Origin: Bacteroidota bacterium
Lineage (GTDB): Bacteria; Bacteroidota; Bacteroidia; UKL13-3
Assembly (NCBI GenBank): GCA_947456185.1
Contig: CANGPW010000003.1
Location: 1-63,105 of the forward strand
Direction: 5' to 3'
Length of the DNA stretch: 63,105 nt
In this document: in pieces, positions 40,678-49,146 of the stretch
How positions within the stretch are numbered: the stretch's first letter is position 1
Layout of the letters: the number at the start of each line of letters is the position of its first letter
The notes under the pieces: generated by a model
Database searches by the model: none
Seen by the model: only the letters and a program-made list of their open reading frames with translations
Told to the model about the DNA's origin: nothing
Program-made: the position numbers and the translations under genes

Positions 40678-41157
40678 ATGAACGATATCAAACAGCCGAA
40701 GTATATGCATCAATATAAAGCAGAACAATTTTTAAAAATAGATAAAAAGAAAGCTTGGGAATTCTTTTCTTCTCCTAAAAACCTTTCGGTAATTACTCCG
40801 CCAGAAATGGATTTTAAAATTTTAACAGATTTAAAAGACGAAGGTATTTACGAAGGAATGAAAATTGATTATACAGTAAAACCACTTTTAGGAATTCCTG
40901 TTCGCTGGCAAACAGAAATATGTAAAGTTGACAATCAAAATTATTTTACTGATAGGCAATTAATTGGTCCGTATAAAGTTTGGGAACATACCCATACATT
41001 TACAGAAGTAGCTAATGGAATAATGATGTATGACATTGTAAATTATCAATTGCCATTAGGTTTTATTGGGAACATGGTAAACGCTATTATTGTTAAAAGA
41101 AAAATTGAAAGTATTTTTGAATACAGAAAGCAAGTATTAGAAAAACTATTTGTTTAA
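40678..41157 (+). CDS. SRPBCC-family protein
   Basis: WEFFSSPKNL..ITP, FTDRQ..GPY..W.HTH and D.V.Y motifs. Confidence 0.85.
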   Translation: MNDIKQPKYMHQYKAEQFLKIDKKKAWEFFSSPKNLSVITPPEMDFKILTDLKDEGIYEGMKIDYTVKPLLGIPVRWQTEICKVDNQNYFTDRQLIGPYKVWEHTHTFTEVANGIMMYDIVNYQLPLGFIGNMVNAIIVKRKIESIFEYRKQVLEKLFV

Positions 41158-41231
41158 CACTTTTTTGAGTTGATTTAGTAAGTAAATCAATGGCATTAAA
41201 AGTATTTTATATGAATATTTCAACTTAAAGA

Positions 41232-42560
41232 ATGACAAACATTTTGCAAAAAAAATCAGATAAACCCGTGAGCATTTTTTGGTTCAGAAGAGACTTGCGA
41301 TTGAGCGATAATCATGGATTATTTGAGGCATTAAACACCTCAAATAATGTGCTTCCAATTTTTATTTTCGATAAAAATATTTTAAATGAACTCAAAGACA
41401 AAAAAGATAAAAGAGTTGCATTTATTCATCATGCTTTAGAAAATATCAATAATGAATTACTAAAAATTGGTTCGTCATTATTAGTTATTCATGATGAACC
41501 AATGCATGCATTTAAAACTATTTGTGAAAATTATGTGGTTGAAAATGTATTCACCAATCACGATTACGAACCTTATGCAACACAAAGAGATCAGCAATTA
41601 ACAGATTGGTTTTTAGAAAAAAATATTTCATTTAAAACTTATAAAGACCAAGTTATTTTCGAAAAATCGGAAGTAATGAAATCAGACGGAAGTCCATACA
41701 CCAAATTTACTCCATACTCAAGGTTATGGAAACAAAAATTAAGTGTGGAAGGAATCAAAACTTTTCCGTCTGAAGATTTGCAAAATAATTTCCTTCAAAT
41801 AACAGCTTTCCATTTTCCAACACTTACCGAAATTGGATTTGAGGAAACAAACACTGGAATTTCTGCTACATTTATTGATAAAAAAATTATTTCCAATTAC
41901 CATAATACTAGAAACACACCTTCCATAAATGGAACAAGCAATTTAAGTGTGCATATTCGCTTTGGAACTGTAAGCGTTAGATCACTCACTAAAACAGCTT
42001 TGGAGTTAAATGAACAATGGCTGAATGAACTAATTTGGCGAGAGTTTTTTATGATGATATTGTATCATTATCCAAAAGTGGTTACCCGTAATTTTAAATC
42101 GAAATACGATGTAATTAAATGGAGAAATAACGAAGCGGAATTTAAATTATGGTGCAATGGTGAAACAGGTTATGAAATAGTAGATGCCGGCATGAAGGAA
42201 TTAAACGAAACTGGATTAATGCACAACAGAGTGCGAATGATAGTTGCGGGTTTTCTTACCAAACATTTACTAATAGACTGGCGTTGGGGAGAGGCGTTTT
42301 TTGCTGAAAAATTATTGGATTACGAACTTTCTTCCAATAACGGAAACTGGCAATGGTCGGCTGGTTGCGGATGCGATTCAGCGCCCTATTTTAGAATATT
42401 TAATCCGAGTGAGCAAACCAAAAAATTTGATCCAGAACGGAAATATATCAAAAAATGGTTGGGGAATTCACCGCTTGTTTTTCCTATGGTGGAGCACACA
42501 TTTGCGCGTCAAAGAGCATTGGATGTTTTTAAAAGTTCGTTGGCGGAAAATGATAACTAA
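41232..42560 (+). CDS. phrB: Deoxyribodipyrimidine photolyase
   Basis: WFRRDLRLSDN, LIWREF, MHNRVRM, NNGNWQWSAG and PYFRIFNP motifs. Confidence 0.93.
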   Translation: MTNILQKKSDKPVSIFWFRRDLRLSDNHGLFEALNTSNNVLPIFIFDKNILNELKDKKDKRVAFIHHALENINNELLKIGSSLLVIHDEPMHAFKTICENYVVENVFTNHDYEPYATQRDQQLTDWFLEKNISFKTYKDQVIFEKSEVMKSDGSPYTKFTPYSRLWKQKLSVEGIKTFPSEDLQNNFLQITAFHFPTLTEIGFEETNTGISATFIDKKIISNYHNTRNTPSINGTSNLSVHIRFGTVSVRSLTKTALELNEQWLNELIWREFFMMILYHYPKVVTRNFKSKYDVIKWRNNEAEFKLWCNGETGYEIVDAGMKELNETGLMHNRVRMIVAGFLTKHLLIDWRWGEAFFAEKLLDYELSSNNGNWQWSAGCGCDSAPYFRIFNPSEQTKKFDPERKYIKKWLGNSPLVFPMVEHTFARQRALDVFKSSLAENDN

Positions 42561-42760
42561 GAAATTGTAGTTCTCTCACATTTTCAATGAAACGAATGAA
42601 CGCTTTCATTTAATATTTAAGTAATATTGATTTATCTGAAAAATAATAATATTGCAAACAAATAAAATTTGTAATAAATAGTAAAATGGAGTTCAGCAAC
42701 CATTAAAATTAGGGCGACACCAGATAGATATAGAAGTAGAGTAAATTATAAAACAAATAA

Positions 42761-43354
42761 ATGAAATCAAAAAATCTAATTTACCTTATTGTTTTTGCAA
42801 CTTTAACAAGTTGCAAAACATGGAATACATCAATGCTTGTGCTCAAAATCGACCCAATCAATCCAAAATTATTAACACTTGACAGAAGAATAGAAGACTT
42901 ATCAAACACAAATGTAATTGCAAACACAGACGAGATAAAACTTTTTACAGATGAAGTTGAAAATAATTTGATTGACCCTTATGGAGACAAATATGGATAT
43001 ATTGCAATAAAGAGAAACATTATTGAAGCTAAGTCAGGTGGTTTGGGATATACAATTGCAGGAGGACTAACATCTGGAATTCCTTGGCTTTTTGGATTGC
43101 CAATGTCAAATATTAAATATAAAATAGAAATAGAGTTAAGGATTCTTGATAGAAATAATAAATTAATTGGAAAATATTCTGCAACAGGAGAATCAAAAGT
43201 TACAGTTGCACTTTATTATGGTTATTCTGGAGCGGATGCAGTTAGAAAATCCTATTTAGAAGCTATGTTAGAGGCATTTGACAAAATCAGACCAAAAATT
43301 CAAAAAGACTCCAAACGTATTAATGACACATTATTAACAACAGGTAAATTATAA
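42761..43354 (+). CDS. Hypothetical lipoprotein
   Basis: Lipobox LTSC; 197-aa ORF with an A-rich translation-initiation region. Confidence 0.75.
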   Translation: MKSKNLIYLIVFATLTSCKTWNTSMLVLKIDPINPKLLTLDRRIEDLSNTNVIANTDEIKLFTDEVENNLIDPYGDKYGYIAIKRNIIEAKSGGLGYTIAGGLTSGIPWLFGLPMSNIKYKIEIELRILDRNNKLIGKYSATGESKVTVALYYGYSGADAVRKSYLEAMLEAFDKIRPKIQKDSKRINDTLLTTGKL

Positions 43355-43364
43355 AAACCCAACT

Positions 43365-43421
43365 ATCCTTCGTCTGAAGCCAAGCCTTTGCAAGGGTTCC
43401 GATAGCCTACCGGAATAAGGA
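43365..43421 (+). ncRNA. Candidate structured RNA resembling the Bacteroidota Flavo-1 motif (from memory, unverified)
   Basis: Closing stem ATCCTT/AAGGAT, linker GTCTGAAGCCA, hairpin AGCCTT-TGCA-AGGGTT and hairpin (TT)CCG-ATAGCCTA-CGG(AA). Confidence 0.55.
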
Positions 43422-43462
43422 TTTATAATGAATAAAGTGTCCCGACTCGTTACAGCCAAAGC

Positions 43463-43495
43463 AACTATGTCAAAGTTTTAAACTTTGACATAGTT
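43463..43495. repeat. 33-bp palindromic REP-like element with perfect 15-bp arms
   Basis: AACTATGTCAAAGTT-TTA-AACTTTGACATAGTT. Confidence 0.85.
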
Positions 43496-43564
43496 AGGTT
43501 ACAAATATAAATTCCTAATTTTTCAAACTATTGAACAAATCTCAAATCAATCAATTGTTTCGAT

Positions 43565-43572
43565 TATATTTG
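43565..43572 (+). promoter_or_regulatory. -7 promoter element TATATTTG for the ABC-F gene
   Basis: Exact TAnnTTTG, 26 nt before the ATG. Confidence 0.55.
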
Positions 43573-43598
43573 CGCCTCAAAATTTTGATAATTAATAC

Positions 43599-45539
43599 AT
43601 GATTGCTTTAACAAATATAGCCTTTGAATTTGGTGGACGTTACCTTTACCGCAATGCAAATTGGCACATAAAACCCAATGAACGCATTGCTTTAGTTGGT
43701 AGAAACGGAACTGGAAAATCTACTTTATTGCGTGTTATTAATGGTGAATTTGGCTTAAGCGAAGGAACCATTAGCAAGCCAAAAGACTTAACCATTGGCT
43801 TTTTAAATCAGGATAATTTAAGTTTTGAAACCGAAGACACCATTTTAAATGTTACCATGCAGGCTTTTAGTCGTGCGTTGTTTTTGGAAAAAGAAATTGA
43901 CGAAATTTTAGTGCAAATGGAAACCGACCATAGCATGGAAATTATCAATAAACTCAGCAATGCGCAAGAGGAATTTGATAGATTAGATGGTTACAACATG
44001 AAGCATAAATGCGAAAAAGTGTTGGAAGGTTTAGGTTTTACCACTGCGCAATTACAACAACCTTACAAAAAGTTTTCGGGAGGTTGGCGTATGCGTGTGA
44101 TGTTGGCAAAATTGCTATTGCAAAATCCTGATTTGTTAATGTTGGATGAGCCAACGAATCACTTGGATTTACCAACCATTAAATGGTTAGAAGAATATTT
44201 AATTGGTTACCCTGGAACTGTAATTGTGGTAAGTCACGATATGGAATTTTTGGATAAAATGACTAACAAAACGGTGGAAGTTGCCAATTCAAGTATTTAT
44301 GAATACAGCGGAAATTACAGTTATTTTTTAAGTTCAAAAGATGAACGAATGGATTTACAACAACGCCAATTCGATAATCAACAACAATTTATAAAAGAAC
44401 AAGAACGTTTTATAGCTCGCTTTAAAGCCAAAGCCAGTAAGGCCACAGCTGCTCAAAGTAGGGTTAAAATGTTGGATAAATTAGATAAAATTGAAGCACC
44501 CGAAGATGATAATTCTGCCATTAGTATCAATTTTAGATTAGGATTACAAAGTAGCCGTTTGGTAGCCGAAATGATAGATGTAAGCAAATCGTTTCCTGAT
44601 GTTGACATTGTAAAAAAAGCAAATGCGCGCATAGAACGTGGCGACAAAATAGCTTTGATTGGTGCCAATGGAAAAGGAAAATCTACTTTACTTCGAATCA
44701 TTGCAGGTGTTGAAAAATATGAAGGCGAAGCCAAACTAGGCTTCAATGTTCGTGATGCATTTTATGCGCAGCATCAATTAGAAAGTTTAGGTCAACAAAA
44801 CGAAATTTTAGAAGAACTTTCTCACCATGCATCTGAAAGACCAGAAACAGAATTAAGAACTATATTAGGTTGTTTTCTTTTTGCCGGTGACGATGTGTTT
44901 AAGAAAATAAAAGTACTAAGTGGAGGCGAAAAAGCCCGTGTTGCGTTAGCAAAAACCTTATTAACAGAAGCCAACTTTTTATTATTGGATGAGCCAACCA
45001 ATCACTTGGACATGCGTAGTATTAATATTTTAAGTCAAGCTTTACAGGCTTATGAAGGAACTTTTATTACTGTTAGTCACGATAGACATTTTATAAGCCA
45101 AATAGCGAATAAAATATGGTATATCGAAGATTTAGAATTGAAAGAATATCCGGGAACTTATGCCGAATATGAAGAGTTTAGAATAAAAAATGAAGCCATT
45201 CAATTGGCCAATAAAGAAGCCAATAAAAATGTTAAAAAAGTTGAGCCAATTGTGGCAAAACCTGTGGAAGTTAAACCGCTTGTTGTTGAAAATAAATCGA
45301 AATTAAGTAACAATCAAATTCAAAAAATTAAAACAGATTTTGATTTAGCCGAAAAACAATTGGAAAAACTAAAGCAACAATTAACAGCAGTAGAAGAAAG
45401 TTTTGCAAAGCCAGAAATAGCAAGCAATCCTGTAGAATTGAATAAAAAGCAATTGGAGTTAAGTGTGTTAAAAAAACAAATTACAGAACAGGAAGCCATT
45501 TACGAAAGGGCTTTTGAGGCGGTAATGGAATTGGAATAA
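43599..45539 (+). CDS. ABC-F family ATP-binding protein
   Basis: Two ABC domains (GRNGTGKST/FSGGW/LDEPTNHLD; GANGKGKST/LSGGEK), no TM segment, C-terminal coiled coil. Confidence 0.95.
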   Translation: MIALTNIAFEFGGRYLYRNANWHIKPNERIALVGRNGTGKSTLLRVINGEFGLSEGTISKPKDLTIGFLNQDNLSFETEDTILNVTMQAFSRALFLEKEIDEILVQMETDHSMEIINKLSNAQEEFDRLDGYNMKHKCEKVLEGLGFTTAQLQQPYKKFSGGWRMRVMLAKLLLQNPDLLMLDEPTNHLDLPTIKWLEEYLIGYPGTVIVVSHDMEFLDKMTNKTVEVANSSIYEYSGNYSYFLSSKDERMDLQQRQFDNQQQFIKEQERFIARFKAKASKATAAQSRVKMLDKLDKIEAPEDDNSAISINFRLGLQSSRLVAEMIDVSKSFPDVDIVKKANARIERGDKIALIGANGKGKSTLLRIIAGVEKYEGEAKLGFNVRDAFYAQHQLESLGQQNEILEELSHHASERPETELRTILGCFLFAGDDVFKKIKVLSGGEKARVALAKTLLTEANFLLLDEPTNHLDMRSINILSQALQAYEGTFITVSHDRHFISQIANKIWYIEDLELKEYPGTYAEYEEFRIKNEAIQLANKEANKNVKKVEPIVAKPVEVKPLVVENKSKLSNNQIQKIKTDFDLAEKQLEKLKQQLTAVEESFAKPEIASNPVELNKKQLELSVLKKQITEQEAIYERAFEAVMELE

Positions 45540-45557
45540 TAATATAAAAATTTAAAT

Positions 45558-45588
45558 GTAGAGACGCGATTCATCGCGTCTTTTTTTA
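45558..45588 (+). repeat. GTAG-type REP hairpin doubling as a terminator
   Basis: GTAG-AGACGCGAT-TC-ATCGCGTCT followed by a T tract. Confidence 0.75.
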
Positions 45589-45648
45589 TAATTCAAAAGT
45601 AAATATCAAACGGTATATTTCGTAAGTCAATAAAGTTATCTAATGGAA

Positions 45649-45780
45649 CAGGATTTCTTTTCTTTCTTCTTTCTTTTTCCATTGCTGAAAAAGAAATCCT
45701 GCCTTGCAGGACTAGACAAAAATTAGCTTCCACGCACAAGGCCAGGGCTGGCCCGCATTTTTGTCGGGCCAATGCACATC
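45649..45780. other. GC-rich, heavily self-complementary intergenic element (candidate ncRNA or non-autonomous mobile element)
   Basis: Pairings CAGGATTTCTTT/AAAGAAATCCTG, CCTG/CAGG, GACAAAAAT/ATTTTTGTC and TGGCCC/GGGCCA. Confidence 0.5.
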
Positions 45781-45937
45781 GTTAATGGAATAATTGAAAT
45801 ATAATTTAGTTTTTTCTAATATGACTATGTTTTATGTTTCAATGTGATTTTTTATTTCTCCAATAATAAGTTTTTAGTATAAAACATCATTGCGAGGGAT
45901 AATTTTTTTCAAAAAAATCAATATAAAATGATGTTGT

Positions 45938-46033
45938 GTCATTCAGTAGTACCGCTAAAGCGGTATCCTTTCCTTGGCATCTAACTTTGAATTTTAAAAG
46001 CGCTTAATAAACAAAGGGGATGCGCTGCATGAC
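45938..46033 (+). repeat. Degenerate GTCAT...ATGAC REP-like element containing a mini-hairpin
   Basis: GTCAT/ATGAC and GCATC/GATGC arms; internal TACCGC-TAAA-GCGGTA at 45950-45965. Confidence 0.55.
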
Positions 46034-46095
46034 GAGTTTTTATTGTAATAGAATTTAGTTTTTATAAAATACGTCATTGCAATTAAATCCTTTCC

Positions 46096-46758
46096 CTAAT
46101 CATTACATTCCATTAGCAACAAATTTCCACTGTCAAATTTTATTTCTATCAATCCATCTGTTTCGGTTTTATTACTGCTGCTCGTTCTATCGCCTAAATG
46201 CAAATCTTCGTTTTGCAAATTATAAGTTAATCCTTTTGTATGTAAACCAAATACGCTTCCCAATGGAATCAATGAAATATTTTGATTGGCTGGATACCAT
46301 TTGGTGAATTGATTGGGCAAATTAAAAATCCTTGAATGGTCATCGAGCATTACAATGGTAATTTGGTCTTTATATTTGGCTAAAGTACTTAAATTATTGA
46401 TGTGATGGTCGGCACGTTTTCCAGTAGCCCACAAAATATTTACAGCTTTATGGCCTTTGGCAATTAAAAAATCTAATCCTTTTTCCAAATCCGTTTTGTT
46501 TTGATCAGGTGTATGCACCACTTCAACAGGTTGCTGATTAGCTAATAATTCGTCCCAATTTTCTGCTTTGTCAAAATCACCGAGCACAATATCGAGTTTA
46601 ATTCCAAGTTCCAAAACTCTGTGAATGGCACCATCTAAAACCATTACCACCGGACTCCATTCCAGTAATTGTCCCATTAATTCAAAACTACAACTTTGCC
46701 CATTGGCAATAATTAATGCGGGTTCTTGTTCATCGCGAACGATATGGTGGCTTGACAT
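46096..46758 (-). CDS. thiN: Thiamine diphosphokinase
   Basis: LIIANG, LDGA, GDFD, DQNKTDLEKGL and GKRADH motifs. Confidence 0.9.
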   Translation of the reverse strand: MSSHHIVRDEQEPALIIANGQSCSFELMGQLLEWSPVVMVLDGAIHRVLELGIKLDIVLGDFDKAENWDELLANQQPVEVVHTPDQNKTDLEKGLDFLIAKGHKAVNILWATGKRADHHINNLSTLAKYKDQITIVMLDDHSRIFNLPNQFTKWYPANQNISLIPLGSVFGLHTKGLTYNLQNEDLHLGDRTSSSNKTETDGLIEIKFDSGNLLLMECND

Positions 46759-46767
46759 TTATTAATT

Positions 46768-46815
46768 GAAAGACTAAAAGATTGAAAGATTACAAGATTA
46801 CAAAATTAGAAGGTT
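46768..46815 (+). repeat. Octamer tandem array (RRAAGATT)
   Basis: GAAAGACT AAAAGATT GAAAGATT ACAAGATT ACAAAATT AGAAGGTT. Confidence 0.8.
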
Positions 46816-46946
46816 ATGTACTGAAAAAGTTTTTATTACTGTGTAAAAATTTTATTGCCAGTTGCCTTAAGCCAGAGGCCATTTATAAAAACAAATTTTT
46901 TAATTAAGAATCTTACTTACATATTTGCTGCAAATAAAATTTAAAA

Positions 46947-47750
46947 GTGAAATATATTTTTATAAAAATTAGTTGTTTATTATTTATTGCCTTGTTTTTT
47001 GTACAATCATGTAAATCTAAAAAGAATTTAGGAACTAAATTACCTATTGAAATTGCGAAAGCAGGAGAATTAAAAAAGGATCATTCAGCATTTTTTAATC
47101 AGGTAAAACAACAAGAAAGTAATTACAATTATATTTCATGTAAAGGTGAATGTGAATACAGCGATGGTAAAAATAGTTTTACTTTCGATATTCAATTAGA
47201 GATGGAAAAAGGGAAATTTATTTTTATTAGAGCTACTTATTTATTGGGAATTGAAGTGGCCAAAATGTACATAACACCTACACAAATTCAAATATTGAAT
47301 CATTTAGAAAAAACAAATACCCTTGCCAATTACGACTATTTAAAAAAGTTTAGTTCTGCTGATTTAAAATTTGAAAACATAGAGAACTTGTTTTTGGGAA
47401 ATGCACTTTTTGCTCAAAATCCTACTATTACTCTATTAGATTCAACTGCTACGCAATATATTTTAAAAACCATGCTTGATGGTGCTTCGCAACAATGTTT
47501 TTATGGAATCAATAAAATTGCAAAGCTAGAGGCAAATCAATTAGAGGATACTTTTAAAAACCAAAATTTATCCATCAATTACAATGAATATATAGCAAAT
47601 GGTACAAATTATTATCCAAGTGAGCTAGCTATCAACATTAGGGCAGAAAAAAATTTAGGATGCACCATGAAACTTTTCAACTTTGCATTTGAAAAAAAGA
47701 AAGATCCTCAAATACGTGTACCAGCCAGTTATAAAACAATTAGCCATTAA
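46947..47750 (+). CDS. DUF4292-family lipoprotein
   Basis: Lipobox VQSC; I.MEKGKFIFI...LGIEVAK..ITP; precedes the M23 gene as usual in Bacteroidota. Confidence 0.75.
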   Translation: MKYIFIKISCLLFIALFFVQSCKSKKNLGTKLPIEIAKAGELKKDHSAFFNQVKQQESNYNYISCKGECEYSDGKNSFTFDIQLEMEKGKFIFIRATYLLGIEVAKMYITPTQIQILNHLEKTNTLANYDYLKKFSSADLKFENIENLFLGNALFAQNPTITLLDSTATQYILKTMLDGASQQCFYGINKIAKLEANQLEDTFKNQNLSINYNEYIANGTNYYPSELAINIRAEKNLGCTMKLFNFAFEKKKDPQIRVPASYKTISH

Positions 47751-49068
47751 ATATATTGTTACCAGTAAATCACTTTTACTGATAGTTATTTTATTGCTTT
47801 TAAATACTTCTATTTTTGCTCAAAAAACTTCACAGAAAAGAAAGCAATTAGAAAATGAACGCAAGACTTTATTAGCCAGAATTGGCGAAACCAAAAAAGT
47901 ACTTGCTGAAAATAAGCAAAAAGAAAACACCAAACTTACTGAACTAAAAGCCATCAATGCGCAGATAAAAACGCGTGAAAAAGTAATCAGTAATATAGGT
48001 CAAGAAATATTTGAAATTTCGGTAGAAGTAAATGAAAGTAAAATTACCATAGACACGCTAAAATCACAATTGGCAAGGCTTAAGAAAGATTATGCGAATA
48101 ATATGGTTGCCATTTATAAAAATAAAAACAACCTAAACGATTTGGCCTTTATATTTAATGCAGAGGGATTTAACGATGCCTACAAACGCATAAAATACTT
48201 AGACAAACTTTCGGAATACAAACAGCTTCAAGCTCGATTGATTGTTAATATTCAAAAATCGATAGAGGATGAAATTAACAACATGCTTCAAGTTAAAAAG
48301 CAAAGTGAACAATTATATTACGTTAAGGAAGGCGAAAAAAAGGAGTTGGAAGTTGATAAAAAAGTAGAGACAAAAGTGCTTACTGGATTACAACAAAAAC
48401 AAAAAGTATTACAAGAAGAGCAAGCTCAAAATGAAAGAAATTTTCAAAAATTGTCGCAAAAAATATCAGATTTAATCCAAAAAGAAATTGAAGATGCTAG
48501 AAGACGGGAGGAAGAAAGGCGAAGAATAGCCAATGAGAAATCTGACGTAGAAAGATCAAAACTCATAGCTGAAAACAAGAAAAAAGGAATTGAAACAAAA
48601 CCTGAAACTAAAAAAGTTCCTGAATCATCACTTTCGCCTGATGATTTATTGATAAATACTAACTTTGAAAACATGAAAAATCGTTTGCCTTGGCCCGTTA
48701 ATAATGGATATATAGCTGAGGGTTTTGGAACGCATCAGCACCCAACTTTAAAAGCTGTTTATACTACTAATAACGGAATTAACATAGCTTGTAAAATAGA
48801 AACAACAGTTCGAAGTGTTTATAAAGGAAAAGTAAAAGCCATTTTTGAAGTTCCTGGAATGGAAAAAATTATTTTAGTAAAACATGGCGAGTACTTTACC
48901 GTTTATGCAAAATTGGAAAATATTCAAGTAAAAATAGGTCAAGAAATAAATGCCGGAGAAGTTTTAGGAACAGTATTTACTTTTGAATCTGAACAAAAAA
49001 CGGAAATTCATTTTGAAATATTTAAAGGAAAAAAAGCTTTAAATCCGGAGGCTTGGTTAAAAAATTAA
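47683..49068 (+). CDS. Murein hydrolase activator EnvC-like (coiled coil plus degenerate M23 domain); start uncertain
   Basis: Long coiled coil; LPWPV, NNGINI, HGEYFTVY and HFEI...NPEAWL motifs. Confidence 0.85.
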   Translation: MHLKKRKILKYVYQPVIKQLAIKYIVTSKSLLLIVILLLLNTSIFAQKTSQKRKQLENERKTLLARIGETKKVLAENKQKENTKLTELKAINAQIKTREKVISNIGQEIFEISVEVNESKITIDTLKSQLARLKKDYANNMVAIYKNKNNLNDLAFIFNAEGFNDAYKRIKYLDKLSEYKQLQARLIVNIQKSIEDEINNMLQVKKQSEQLYYVKEGEKKELEVDKKVETKVLTGLQQKQKVLQEEQAQNERNFQKLSQKISDLIQKEIEDARRREEERRRIANEKSDVERSKLIAENKKKGIETKPETKKVPESSLSPDDLLINTNFENMKNRLPWPVNNGYIAEGFGTHQHPTLKAVYTTNNGINIACKIETTVRSVYKGKVKAIFEVPGMEKIILVKHGEYFTVYAKLENIQVKIGQEINAGEVLGTVFTFESEQKTEIHFEIFKGKKALNPEAWLKN

Positions 49069-49146
49069 AAACCATGTTTGTCATAAAAAATATGACATTG
49101 AAATTTAAATAAAAAAGTTGTTTTTGTAACCTTAAAATAAATTTAT

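Noticed and set aside
41170-41190. TTGATTTA-N5-TAAATCAA palindrome before phrB
   Set aside because: An 8-bp AT-rich single instance that cannot be distinguished from chance.
42660-42760. Integron attC or cassette boundary before the lipoprotein gene
   Set aside because: No paired RYYYAAC/GTTRRRY ends and no integrase.
43365-43421. Hammerhead ribozyme interpretation
   Set aside because: Has CTGAAGC instead of CTGANGA and lacks the GAAA core.
45715-45771. HDV-like ribozyme interpretation of the interleaved helices
   Set aside because: The minus-strand order resembles P1/P2, but there is no P3-L3, P1.1 or catalytic J4/2 cytosine context.
46759-46946. TPP riboswitch upstream of thiN
   Set aside because: No GCTGAGA or CTGAT...GGAA cores; the region is an octamer array plus AT-rich promoter DNA.
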